In this document: piece after piece, positions 1 to 12,752 of the stretch
Layout: every line of letters starts with the position of its first letter
Numbering within the stretch: the first letter of the stretch is position 1
From: Haplodiscus bocki
Lineage: Eukaryota
Direction: 5' to 3'
Assembly: GCA_965655095.1 (NCBI GenBank)
Contig: OZ296648.1
Location: forward strand, 146,878,001 to 146,942,000
Length of the DNA stretch: 64,000 nucleotides
The notes under the pieces: generated by a model
Database searches by the model: none
What the model was told of the DNA's origin: nothing
Seen by the model: only the letters and a program-made list of their open reading frames with translations
Program-made: the position numbers and the translations under genes

Positions 1-544
1 ATAATACGCAGAATTTGTGAAACTTTTCATTGATGAGGTCAATATATGTCGATATGAACAAAAAATGAAAATTGTAAACAAAATTGTAAAAAGGCAGGAC
101 GGAAAGAAACATTAAAAAGGGATTGCTGCCCTAATACTGAATTGTTCTTAACTGAGTCTCTAATATACGGTGTAGAATGGAATAGACTCTGATTCTACGC
201 GGGATTCAGTTACTAAAACTGACAGCGAACAAAAATGTAGAGAAATGGCCAAATTTATAGTCGACACGACTGTCGAAGGTTATAGTCCAAAGGACTGGAT
301 GTTTAGAATTGACACGGCTATCTAGTTCAAAGTCGAAGCGACTATTGAAATTTGTGGTCCAGAGGACTGAAGTTAAGAAACGGATTGATTCAAAAAAAAT
401 TGAAGAAGGAGTTTTTATTTGGTTTTGATTTTCCTATTTTAAAAACCGTCTGAAAAAGGAAGAGAAGCAAAAAAGAGTAAATGTAGAGGAGAGAATAGAT
501 GGATGTTTTGAGAGGGAAGTTAACGAAATCTGACCAAGATGAAT

Positions 545-561
545 TTTCAGTCGTCGCACCG
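545..561 (-). promoter_or_regulatory. Putative primer-binding site remnant (also 6539-6555 and 12733-12749)
   Basis: On the minus strand the LTR end ...TAATACA is followed by AAT and CGGTGCGACGACTG, a PBS-positioned TGG-like start with one substitution. Cognate tRNA not identified. Confidence 0.45.
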
Positions 562-1088
562 ATTTGTATTAACTTTCAAAAGATGTTTGCGTGTGTATTA
601 TTTCTAGTGAAGTTAATACTACGTAGAAGCTTTCAACTTGACTTGATCTAACTTGAGTACTCAGATATTTCCTTCAAATTCTCATAAATTTTCTGGAGAA
701 AATAACAGTTCCCTACTTGGATAACCCTTCAACTCTATATTGATATCAAGATCGTGAAATTCTATAAAACTCGTAAGAAATAAAAACAAGCTTACCTTTT
801 GTCCTATGAATTTTCAGGAACTTCTTCTATTAAATGCCTATGTATAACAGTAGGAGAACTACTCTGTGTTTCACAAAATTTCTGTTATCGAAAAGAAATA
901 TGGTTTAGAGGGGCGAAGTAGCATGATTTTCTGTCGAAATTGTTTTGTCTCACAGTACCGAAAGACGTCGTAGGGGAACCCTTCCTGGTTTCAGATAAAT
1001 TTTGGTATAAAAAACTTTTCATGCATAAGAGGGGGGGGGGACGGTATCACGATTTCCCGTAATATTTAAGTTGAAAAAAGTAGTTAAA

Positions 1089-1261
1089 GGCTGGGATTCG
1101 AACCCGTACCCACGGCTTCAGAACCCTGTTGTCCCACCGACTGTTCCATGATAACCATTGGAAATTCTGACAAATGTCAGTGAAAAAAAAAATTTTGGCA
1201 CGACAGAGACTCGAACCCGCACTTGTCGCTTCAGAACAGTGTTGGCCTAACCCCACTGCTG
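1089..1261 (-). repeat. Two tRNA(Gln-CTG)-like units inside LTR1
   Basis: Minus strand GGTTATCATGGAACAGTCGG..GGTTCTGAAGC..GGGTTCGAATCCC gives an A box, a TTCTGAA anticodon-like loop and a perfect B box. The second unit has GGTTCGAGTC. Confidence 0.65.
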
Positions 1262-1428
1262 TCCTTTATTTTTGAAGAAAAAGAGTTGGCAATTTTGGAC
1301 AGAAACAAAAAAACGACAAAACGACCCCACAGACTGAATAATTTTTCTTGCATATTACATATCCGGCAAAAACTGAAAAGCCATTAGAAAAGTTTTTTTT
1401 TCGAAACTCCAACTCAATCTCACGAAAA

Positions 1429-2320
1429 TTATTGTCCTGTAATCTCGATCACCAGCAATCCCGCTCTAGGGTGTTCGTCGTGAAGCACTAACGTTGTCTG
1501 CGTTGGGACAATCAGTCTCGACCGGTCGAAGAGAAGGAAAGGACAAACAATGGGGGTACTAAAAACTTCTCCAGTGTTCAATCCCTTAGCAATCCAAAAC
1601 TACGAACCTTTCTTTAATTCAGGTAGTAATCGAAGTTTTTTCCAAAAAAAATCGGTTTTTCCTAAAATATGCCTTTTAACTCTTCCCATCCAGACACACT
1701 GATTTCTTCTGTGGTCGAGTAAAGACTGATTTTCCTCGGTCACGGCCTAAAGCACAAACTGCTTAGTTGAAGAGTGCCCTTTGGGAATCGGATCCTGCTG
1801 AATTACAAGGACCAGAGTCCTGATAGGTCAAAAGTGAAAACGGGCTTCTTCCATGAAAATAACAACCAAGTTTTTTTGTGCCAGTGGAGTGTTTTTTCAA
1901 GAGCCATATGGGCTGATTTCCAAAGATCAGAGTCTTGACAGGTCGAAAAGCCAAGAACTCATCTCCGTAAGGATATTTTTGAAATTGGCAAACATATTTC
2001 GTCAAACTAGCGGCTTGAATTTTTCCATCAAGATCTCAATCGACAGCCTTCCCAAGTAAAAAATTTTTTCGATGAGTCTTCTTTCTGACTCTTTCCATCC
2101 AAAATGATAGGCCAAAAAAAGAGTAAACGTTCACAATTAGTGACGATTATTTTCCATTCAAACTCGCTAAATCTATAATCTGGATTTCCTCTATGCTGTT
2201 TTCAACAGAAGCGAAGCTGTGCTTCGAAACACTTGCGCCAATGGAATAAAAGTGAACAAATTGACTCAAAACAGGTGGTCTTTGAAGGATCCAGGATACT
2301 ACGAACTTCACTGCTGACAT
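1429..2320 (-). pseudogene. Relic ORF of unknown function in the LTR U3 region (present in all three LTRs)
   Basis: One frame runs about 235 codons (TFTLFLAYHFGWKESERRLIEKIFYLG...HPRAGLLVIEITGQ*) with 6 internal stops. An ATG 8 nt from the LTR end opens MSAVKFVVSWILQRPP, joined by a homopolymer frameshift. Confidence 0.4.
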
Positions 2321-2327
2321 GCCTATA

Positions 2328-5259
2328 GCTTATTTCTGGAAGAAGAAAAAGGAGATCTAGAATTCCTTCGTTGTCTATAAAACACAGTGTTTCTTGAGCG
2401 TGATGAAGTTCAATTAGAATTGAATTCTCTTTTACGACGAAGATATCAAAAGCGAGGATTTTCACGTGAAACTGCAGGTGATGTGAAACGAGACGATCGA
2501 TATTGAAAACATCGATTTGTTGAACTTGAGCGGTTTCTTGAATCGTACCTATCAAGTGATTAATAGTTTACAGGGCGAGAAGAGGGTTGTTCTTTTGCGT
2601 GAATTTAATTCTGCTATGCCTTCAAGTACTGAATAAATAACTTTACAGGCACTTTCGATCGAGAATAAAAAATATTCCGTTTTCTTTCTCCATCTTCTCG
2701 TTGTTTTCGGAATCAGTTTGATACAGAGTGATTGGATTTATGACAATAATTACAGTATTTCCGGAAATGGTTTTTGCTCGTGTTATTCGGATCCGTTGTT
2801 TGTGAAGACATGACTTCAGGATTTGGATCAGAAAAGTCGGAGGACAATTTTTGAGATTTCAGCTTTGATGTTACATTATTACGTTCCATTCGTATATCAA
2901 AAGTACCAATTTTTCAATTCGTAGTATCTTCAGCATCAACAAATTTCACCAGTGTATGAAATGGAATGGATGGTTCCAAAACAGTCGATGTATGTTAGAC
3001 TTGACGTTTTCGAGCAAAGTCTTTCAGCGTTTTTGATAATCCTCGAGTGAAAATTTCATTACATTCGAGGTTATTAATTGCTGCAGTTTCATTACACCAG
3101 CCTTTTTTGTCAACTATTAGTTGAACTTTCAAAGCGTAATGAGGTACAATTTCAATTTCTTCTCCCGTTAAAACTTGAACTGCCACTGGTGTGTACTATG
3201 AAGCTATCTGTGGAGAAAATTGTTTTTGGAAAGCAGATACACAGGCAACCCATTCATTTTTACAACTTTCATGAAGTCGTGAAAACCAACTTGAGGCGTT
3301 CCAGAGAGCGGAAGCACTGAATAGATTCCGTTTTCGTTTTGCTCCATTGATTATAAGCTACAGTATCGATAGGCTGTTCCACATAGTAAAAATCATGTTT
3401 GCATCAATTTGATGCAAAAATTCTTCACGAGTATATTAATGGTCAAGTTCATCAAAACTTTTTACGGATGTGTTCAATGCAACGAAAGGTAAAGTATAAT
3501 TTTGTGTGATTACCGGAGGATGGGTTGTTAGATGTACAGTGGGAACAGAAGACGATGAAAATAAACTTGCAGAAGACCTTTATTAGGTGCAGTGTGGTTG
3601 ATAGATAGTTTTAGATTAACTTGCAGTGGCATTCAGACTGGTATTTGTTTGAAAAAGTTATTTTTGGTATTGCACAATGAGTAGATACCAGCAATATTCA
3701 AGGAGCCAAAGTAGATCTTAACGAACTAGGAAAAGCTGTAGTTTTTGTATTCAGCATAAATGTATGATCATTAGATCTGTTCGGTTTATTTGTAACAACT
3801 GGGTTGTTTGGAATTGTTTTAAGAAATCAGTGACCTGAATGTACCTCTATAGATTCCACTGAGTTAAATTAATTTGCCAAAAAGGTAATATTGCAATATT
3901 TTGAAACTGGCATTGACGAGAAGTTGTTTTTTTGAGATGCAGGCTTTTCAAGTAAGTTTGAATCATTGTGGAAATCAGATTTGCTCCCAAACGTTTTTTC
4001 GGGAACTTGCAGTGGTTCAGTATTGCCTTGTATCAGAGATCTAGATGGAAGTGAGATTTCAAAAACTTCAGTAGAAAGTGTTCTTTCAATGTTTTCAGTA
4101 TCATTTATATTTTGATTTGAAATAACGGAGGTTGTTACAGTTTGAGATTGAAAAACAACAGCAATTTTCTCTGACTTTCGAGCCGTATTAAATTCAGTAA
4201 TAAATGATTGATTCAAATGCTTTTCATTATTATTATGATCACTAGGTCTGTTCGCGCTGATCGACCGTGTAATCATAATAGTTTGAATTTTTACTTTGGA
4301 AATATTTTAAGTGTCGACTTGGAATAAAATGAGATAATTTGGATGACCATTTTCAGCTTTGATCACTAATGGTAGTGATTCTTGTTCAATGAATGGTTCG
4401 AAAAACTTTCAATATAAGTTTGATCTGAAGTGTTTCAGATACGTTGATAATTTAATCGGGAAAATCATCTTAGCAAAAGAAAAATCGGGTTCGTTTGTGG
4501 TTTTGTTACAGTATCTAAAACAGTTAACAGTGAAAAAAAATGTTTGTTGAATAGCATTTTTTCAATCAAAGTTTCTCAAAAGCCAGTGGTATCGATTTTC
4601 AAGTCTTTTAAATTTATCAACTCCAGAAGTTTCAAAAGAAGTGTTTGTTACGAATTTCATCAATTGCAGAATTAATTACCATAGATTGTTCTGAAAGGTC
4701 ATTAGTTTCTTGCTGTGTAGTCAGAAAAATTACAAATACAACGAGAATTAGTAAAAAAATTTCTCTTGAATTTTTTGTCTCCGGAAATATTCCAGTGTCC
4801 AGTGCTACATAAAGGATAATGTGTGTCACCATAACTTGATTCAAAAGTTTTGTATTGAACATAATATCAAAAAGAATCCTGGTGTTCTCCAATCAGAGGG
4901 ATTAAATATTTATCACTACAGTGTTTCTCAAAAGGTAGAGTTTGTTCAATTCTAAGTAGGATTCTCAGTAAAACTGATAGAGTCAGTAATACATGCTCTC
5001 TTTGAGAAAACTTCAGAGAATTGTTGTTGCAATTCTACAGATGGATTATGTACTCGTTCCTCAGATATCTCAGAAGCCGAAGGTTCTGGGATTTGCAATA
5101 GATTCTGTTGTGTAATTACAGTTGGATTTGTTTTTGGTTCTTTAATTGTTTGATCTTGAAAAGATTCAGTAGTTTTTCATTTTGGTTGTTACAATCAGCA
5201 TCTCCCTTCTCAGACGGAGTATCTGAATGTGAATTGACAGTTCTGTGTCCACTTGACAT
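2328..5259 (-). pseudogene. gag: Degenerate Ty3/Gypsy-like Gag/ORF1 with long N-terminal extension, truncated at the LTR junction
   Basis: Manual translation: SGNASSWFSRLHESCKNEWVACVSAFQKQF (retrotransposon gag pattern), EIFTRGLSKTLKDFA, YCNYCHKSNHSVSN* at 2754-2713 (Cx2Cx4Hx4C with the last Cys mutated), then an R/S-rich tail. Many stops and frameshifts. Confidence 0.78.
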
Positions 5260-5836
5260 TATGGTTTCAAGAATATTTCAGAAAAATTGGGTTTGGTTGA
5301 ATACGGAAGATTACAGAAATCAGTATGAGAATTGTGGAAACAATTCTTTGCAGAAAACTAATTGTATATAGTTTGTATATGAGTGTTGTATATGTCTATA
5401 CAAATCCAGCACCCAAGAATGAAAAAACAAAATACGATGAGGAGGGAAAACATTGATGGTTAATAGAAGTGCTTTGAATCAAAAGGTTGTTGGCAAAATG
5501 AGTAAAGTGTTTGAAAGTGCGTTCAACCAAAAAATTGCTCGCAGAATACAAACAACTATTGCAGTGTGAAACTTTTTAGTTTTAAAGTAGGAAGGGTAAC
5601 GAGGGAATGAACTTTCAGGACAAAGATTGCTAAACTCTGAACACAATCAACGTTCGCACACAGTCTCTGATCAATACTGATCGCAAGATTTTACTTTCAC
5701 GTTATACAAGACAACAGAACGACGATGGGCAGATCGGAGTTCAGTTCTATCTAAGAACTCTCAGTTGACTACTAATTCTCGACAAAGTTTTGAACAGTCA
5801 CCTTAAAATTCGGTAACATAGAAATTTTTAGACGCT

Positions 5837-6370
5837 ATGCAGAGCAAATTTCGTGTTCTGACTCTAAGTTTTAGGGGATGGTAAAGGAAAATTAGGGATC
5901 CACAGAGTCCAAAAGCGAAAGTTTTCTACAACAAAAAAGATAAGAGAATCGCAACAGTAGACATGGATGCAATTAAATTTCTAAAAGGAGAAGAAATTTT
6001 GTGGTCAGAGGATGGCAATGGATTTCGTGAATGAAAAATTGCAGTGGAAGCGGAATGATGTGTAATGATAATACGCAGAATTTGTGAAACTTTTCATTGA
6101 TGAGGTCAATATATGTCGATATGAACAAAAAATGAAAATTGTAAACAAAATTGTAAAAAGGCAGGATGGAAAGAAATGTTAAAAAGGGATTGCTGCCCTA
6201 ATACTGAAATGTTCTTAACTGAGTGTCTAATATACGGTGTAGAATGGAATAGACTCAAATTCCACGCGGGATTCAGTACTAAAGCTGACAGCGAACGAAA
6301 ATGTAGAGAAATGGCCAAATTTCTAGTCGAAGCGACTATTGAAACTCGTAGTCCAAAGGACTGAAGTTAA
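5837..6370 (+). pseudogene. Antisense Cys-rich relic ORF in the retroelement 5' leader
   Basis: Single frame MQSKFRVL...MDAIKFLKGEEILWSEDG...CKQNCKKAGWKEMLKRDCCPNTEMFLTECLIYGVEW, interrupted mostly by TGA. Homologues at 1-370 and about 11965-12560. Confidence 0.4.
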
Positions 6371-6558
6371 GAAAAGGATTGATTCAGAAAAAATTGAAGA
6401 GGGAATTTTTTGTTGGTTTTGATTTTCCTATTTTAAAAACCGTCTGAAAAAAGAAGAGAAGCAAAAAAGAGTAAATGTAGAAGAGAGAAAAGAGGGATGT
6501 TTTGAGAAGGAAGTTAGCGAAATCTGGCCAAGATGAAATTTCAGTCGTCGCACCGATT

Positions 6559-8538
6559 TGTATTAACTTTCAAAAGATGTTTGCGTGTGTATTATTTCTA
6601 GTGAAGTTAATACTACGTAAAAGCTTTCAACTTGACTTGATCTAACTTGAGTACTCAGATATTTCCTTCAAATTCTCATAAATTTTCTGGAGAAAATAAC
6701 AGTTCCCTACTTGGATAACCCTTCAACTCTATATTGATATCAAGATCGTAAAATTCTATAAAACTCGTAAGAAATAAAAACAAGCTTACATTTTGTCCTA
6801 TGAATTTTCAGGAACTTCTTCTATTAAATGCCTATGTATAACAGTAGGAGAACTATTCTGTGTTTCACAAAATTTCTGTTATCGAAAAGAAATATGGTTT
6901 AGAGGTGGGAAGTAGCATGATTTTCTGTCGAAATTGTTTTGTCTCACAGTACCGAAAAACGTCGTAGGGGAACCCTTCCTGGTTTCAGATAAATTTTGGT
7001 ATCAAAACTTTTCATGCATAAGGGGGGGGCGGTATCACGATTTCCCGTAATAATTAAGTTGAAGTAGTTAAAGGCTGGGTTTCGGACCCGTACCCACGGC
7101 TTCAGAACCCTGTTGTCCCACCGACTGTTCCATGATAACCATTGGAAATTCTGACAAATGTCAGTAAAAAAAATAATTTTGGCACGACAGAGACTCAACC
7201 CCGGACCTCCCGCTTCAGAACCCTGTTGTCCTACCCCCTGTGCTACGGGAACCATTGGAATGGAATTTCTGACAATTGTCAGTGAAATCATGAAAATATT
7301 TGGCACGACAGACTCAACCACGGACCTACCGCTTCAAAACCTTGTTGTCCTACCCCCTGTGCCATGGAAACCATTGGAATGGAATTTCTGACAATTGGCA
7401 GTGAAATCATAAAAATATTTGGCACGACAGAGACTCGAACCCGCACTTGTCGCTTCAGAAGTGTTGGCCTAACCCCACTGCTGTCATTTATTTTTGAAAA
7501 AGAGTTGGCAATTTTGGACAGAAACAAAAAAACGACCCCACAGACTGAATAATTTTTCTTGCATATTACATATCCGGCGAAAACTGAAAAGCCATTAGAA
7601 AAGTTTTTTTTCGAAACTCCAACTCAATTTCACGAAAATTATTGTCCTGTAATCTCGATCACCAGCAATCCCGCTCTAGGGTGTTCGTCGTGAAGCACTA
7701 ACGTTGTCTGCGTTGGGACAATCAGTCTCGACCGGTCGAAGAGAAGGAAAGGACAAACAATGGGGGTACTAAAAACTTCTCCAGTGTTCAATCCCTTAGC
7801 AATCCAAAACTACGAACCTTTCTTTAATTCAGGTAGTAATCGAAGTTTTTTCCAAAAAAAATCGGTTTTTCCTAAAATATGCCTTTTAACTCTTCCCATC
7901 CAGACACACTGATTTCTTCTGTGGTCGAGTAAAGACTGATTTTCCTCGGTCACGGCCTAAAGCACAAACTGCTTAGTTGAAGAGTGCCCTTTGGGAATCG
8001 GATCCTGCTGAATTACAAGGACCAGAGTCCTGATAGGTCAAAAGTGAAAACGGGCTTCTTCCATGAAAATAACAACCAAGTTTTTTTGTGCCAGTGGAGT
8101 GTTTTTTCAAGAGCCATATGGGCTGATTTCCAAAGATCAGAGTCTTGACAGGTCGAAAAGCCAAGAACTCATCTCCGTAAGGATATTTTTGAAATTGGAA
8201 AACATATTTCGTCAAACTAGCGGCTTGAATTTTTCCATCAAGATCTCAATCGACAGCCTTCCCAAGTAAAAAATTTTTTCGATGAGTCTTCTTTCTGACT
8301 CTTTCCATCCAAAATGATAGGCCAAAAAAAAGAGTAAACGTTCACAATTAGTGACGATTATTTTCCATTCAAACTCGCTAAATCTATAATCTGGATTTCC
8401 TCTATGCTGTTTTCAACAGAAGCGAAGCTGTGCTTCGAAACACTTGCGCCAATGGAATAAAAGTGAACAAATTGACTCAAAACAGGTGGTCTTTGAAGGA
8501 TCCAGGATACTACGAATTTCACTGCTGACATGCCTATA
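6559..8538 (-). repeat. LTR copy 2 (1980 bp)
   Basis: TGTATTAAC at 6559 ... CATGCCTATA at 8538; nearly identical to LTR copy 3 from about 7180 onward. Confidence 0.72.
7073..7483 (-). repeat. Four tRNA(Gln)-like units (about 120-bp period) inside LTR2
   Basis: ggcacgacag recurs at 7181, 7302 and 7421; each unit has degenerate A/B boxes and TTCTGAA or TTTTGAA. Confidence 0.7.
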
Positions 8539-11388
8539 GCTTATTTCTCGAAGAAGAAAAAGGAGATCTAGAATTCCTTCGTTGTCTATAAAACACAGTG
8601 TTTCCTGAACGTGATGGAGTTCAATTAGAATTGAATTCTCTTTTACGACGAAGATATCAAAAGCTAGGATTTTCACGTGAAACTGCAGGTGATCTGAAAC
8701 GAGACGATCGATATGGAGAACATCGATTTGTTGAACTTGAGCGGTTTCTTGAATCGTACCTATCAAGTGGTTAATAGTTTTGCAGGGCGAGAAGAGGGTT
8801 GTTCCTTTGCGTGAATTTAATTCTGCTATGCCTTCAAGTACTAAATAAATAACTTTGCAGGCACTTTCGATCGAGAATAAGAAATATTCCGTTTTCTTTC
8901 TCCATCTTCTCGTTGTTTTCGGAATCAGTTTGATACAGAGTGATTGGATTTATGACAATAATTACAGTATTTCCGGAAATGGATTTTGCTCGTGTTATTC
9001 GGATCCGTTGTTTGTGTAGACATGACTTCAGGATTTGGATCAGAAAATTCGGAGGATAGCTTTTGAGATTTCAGTTTTGATGTTACATTATTACGTTCCA
9101 TTCGTATATCAAAAGTACCAATTTTTCAATTCGTAGTATCTTCAGCATCAACAAATTTCACCAGTGTATGAAATGGAATGGATGGTTCCCAAACAGTCGA
9201 TGTATGTTAGACTTGACGTTTTCGAGCAAAGTCTTTCAGCGTTTTTGATAATCCTCGAGTGAAATTTTCCTTACATTCGAGGTTAATAATTGCAGCAGTT
9301 TGATTACACCAGCCTATTTCGTCAACTAATAGTTGAACTTTCAAATGTAGTGACGTACGTTTTCAATTTCTTCTCCCGTTAAAACTTGAACTGCCACTTG
9401 TGTGTACTGTGAAACTTACTGTGGAGAAAATTGTTTTTGGAAAGCAGATACACAGGCAACCCAATCATTTTTACAACTTTCATGAAGTCGTGAAAACCAA
9501 CTTGAGGCGTTCCAGAGAGCGGAAGCACTGAATAAACTGAAGTTTGATGTAAAAATTCTTCACGAGTATATTAATGGTCAAGTTCATCAAAAGTTTTTAC
9601 GGATGTGTTCAATGCAACAAAAGGTAAAGTATAATTTTGTGTGATTACCGGAGGATGGGTTGTTGGATGTACAGTGTGAACAGAAGACGATGAAAATAAA
9701 CTTGCAGAAGACCTTTATTAGGTGCAGTGTAGTTGATAGATAGTTTTAGATGAACTTGCAGTGGCATTCGTATTGGTAATTGTTTGAAAAAGTTGTTTTT
9801 GGTATTACTCAATGAGTAGATACCAGCAATATTCAAAGGAGCCAAAGTAGATCTTAACGAACTAGGAACAGTTGTAGTTTTTGTATTCAGCATAAATGTA
9901 TGATCATTAGATCTGTTCGGTTTATTTGTAACAACTGGGTTATTTGGAAATGTTTTAAGAAATCGGTGACCTGAATGTACCTCTGTAGATTCCATTGAGT
10001 TAAATTATTTTGCCAAAAAGGTAATATTGCAATTTTTTGAAACTGGCATTGACGAGAAGTTGCTTTCTTTTGAGATGCAGACTTTTCAAATAAGTTTGAC
10101 TCCTTGTGGAAATCAGAATTGCTTCCAAACATTTTTTCGGGAACTTGCAGTGGTTCAGTATTGCCTTGTGTCAGAGATCTAGATGGAAGTGAGATTTCAA
10201 AAACTTCAGTAGGAAGTGTTCTTTCAGTGTTTTCAGTATTTATATTTTGATTTGAAATAACAGAGGTTGTTTCTGTTTGAGATTGAAAAACAACAGTAAT
10301 TTTCTCTGACTTTCGAGCAATATTAAATTCAGTAATAAATGATTGATTCAAATGCTTTTCATTATTATTATGATCACTAGGTCTGTTCGCGCTGATCGAC
10401 CGTGTAATCATAATAGTTTGAATTTTTACTTTGGAAATATTTTAAGTGTCGACTTGGAATAAAATGAGATAATTTGGATGAGCATTTTCAGCTTTGATCA
10501 CTAATGGTAGTGATTCTTGTTCAATGATTGGTTTGAAAAACTTTCAATATAAGTTTGATCCAAAGTAATTCAGATACTTTGATATTTTAATCTGAAAAGT
10601 CATCACAGCAAAAGAAAAATCGGGTTCATTTGTGGTTTTGTTACAGTATCTAAAACAGTTAACTGTGAAAAAAATTGTTTGTTGAATAGCATTTTTTCAA
10701 TCAAAGTTTCTCAAAAGCCAGTGGTATCGATTGTTAAGTCTTTTGAATTTATCAACTCCAGAAGTTTCAAAGAAGTGTTTATTACGAATTTCATCAATTG
10801 CAGAATTAATTACCATAGATTGTTCTGAAAGTTCATTAGCTTCTTGCTGTGTAGTCAGAAAAAGTACAAATACAACGTGAATTAAAAAATAACTTTCTCT
10901 TGGATTTATTGTCTCCGGAAATATTCCAGTGTTACAAAAAGGAAAGTGTGTGTCAGCATAACCTGATTCAAAAGTTTTATATTGAACATAATATCAAAAA
11001 GACTCCTGGTGTTCTCCAATCAGAGGGATTAAATATTTATCACTACAGTATTTCTCAAAAGGTAGAGAGTTTGTTCATTTCTAAGTAACATTCTCAGTAA
11101 AACTGATAGAGTCAGTAATACATGCTCTCTTTGAGAAAACTTCAGAGAATTGTTGTTGCAATTCTACAGATGGATTATGTACTCGTTCCTTAGATATCTC
11201 AGAAGCCGAAGTTTCTGGGATTTGCAATAGATTCTGTTGAGTAATTACAGTTGGATTTGTTTTTGGTTCTTTAATTGTTTGACCTTGAAAAGATTCAGTA
11301 GTTTTTCATTTTGATTGTTACAATCAGCATCTCCCTTCTCAGACGGAGTATCTGAATGTGAATTGACAGTTGTGTGTCGACTTGACAT
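8539..11388 (-). pseudogene. gag: Second degenerate Gag copy
   Basis: Colinear with 2328-5259, about 5% diverged in sampled stretches; lacks the segment equivalent to about 3323-3407; same junction to LTR. Confidence 0.78.
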
Positions 11389-12752
11389 TATGGTTTCAAG
11401 ATTATTTCAGAAAAATTGGGTTTGGTTGAATACAGAAGATTACAGAAATCAGTATGAGAATTGTGGAAACAATTCTTTGCAGAAAAATAATTGTATATAG
11501 TTTGTATATGAGTGTTGTATATGTCTGTACAAATCCAGCACCCAAGAATGAAAAAACAAAATACGATGCGGATGGAAAACATTGATGGTTAATAGAAGTG
11601 CTTTGAATCAAAAGGTTGTTGGCAAAATGAGTAAAGTATTTGAAAGTCCGTTCAACCAAAAAATTGCTCGCAGAATACAAACAACTATTGCAGTGTGAAA
11701 ATTTTTAGTTTTAAACTAGGAAGGGTAACAAGGGAATGAACTTTCAGGAAAAAGATTGCTAAACCGTGAACAGTCAACGTTCGCACACAGTCTCTGACCA
11801 ATACTGATCGCAAGGTTTTACTTTCACGTTATACAAGACAACAGAACGACGATAGGCAGATCGGAGTTCAGTTCTATCTAGGAAGTCTCTTAGTTGACTA
11901 CTAATTCTTGACAAAGTTTTGAACAGTCACCTTAATAGTCGGTAACATAGAAATTTTTAGACGCTATGCAGAGCAAATTTCGTGTTCTGACTCTAAGTTT
12001 TAGGGGATGGTAAAGGAAAATTAGGGATCCACAGAGTCCAAAAGCGAAAATTTTCTACAACAAAAAAAGAATCGCAACAGTAGACATGGGTGGAATTAAA
12101 TTTCTAAAAGGAGAAGAAATTTTGTGGTCAGAGGATGGCAATGGTTTTCGCGAATGAAAAATTGCAGTGGAAGCAGAATGATGTGTAATGATAATACGCA
12201 GAAATTGTGAAACTTTTCATTGATGGTCAATATATGTCGACATGAACAAAAAATGAAAATTGTGAACAAAATTTTAAAAAGGCAGGACGGAAAGAAATGT
12301 TAAAAAGTGATTGCTGCCCTAATACTGGAATGTTCTTAACTGAGTATCTAATATACGTTGTAGAATGGAATAGACTCTGATTCTACGCGGGATTCAGTTA
12401 CTAAAACTGACAGCGAACGAAAATGTAGAGAAATGGCCAAATTTATAGTCGACTCGACTGTCGAAGTTTATAGTCCAAAAGACTGGAAGTTTAGAATTGA
12501 AACGGCTATCTAGTTCAAAGTCGAAGCGACTATTGAAATTTGTAGTCCAAAGGACTGAAGTTAAGAAACGGATCGATTCAGAAGAAATTGAAGAAGGAAT
12601 TTTTTGTTGGTTTTGATTTTCCTATTTCAAAAACCGTCTGGAAAAAAAAGAGAAGCAAAAACGAGTAAATGTAGAAGAGAGAATAGAAGGATGTTTTGAG
12701 AGGGAAGTTAGCGAAATCTGGCCAAGATGAATTTTCAGTCGTCGCACCGATT

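Larger units (their letters stand above)
565..2327 (-). repeat. LTR copy 1 (1763 bp)
   Basis: Starts TGTATTAAC at 565; ends ...CATGCCTATA at 2327 (TACA mutated to TATA); homologous to 6559-8538 and 12753-14733. Confidence 0.72.

Noticed and set aside
2202-2555. 117-aa ORF (and its copy 8413-8766) as a gene
   Set aside because: It is an alternative frame over the R/S-rich Gag tail and crosses the gag-LTR junction.
5792-5830. Alternative LTR end/PBS at ggtgactgttc
   Set aside because: No CA terminus there; the 565/6559/12753 boundary gives a canonical TGTA...TACA pair.
5837-6370. TGA-rich frames suggesting TGA=Trp/Sec recoding
   Set aside because: Copy comparisons show CGG/TGG and TGA/AAA alternations plus frameshifts, and MCP has RRQ*EL. 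CpG decay of CGA and ordinary pseudogenisation explain the pattern more simply.
7073-7483. CRISPR-like repeat-spacer array
   Set aside because: Whole 120-bp units are homologous, there are no unique spacers and no cas genes, and the context is eukaryotic.
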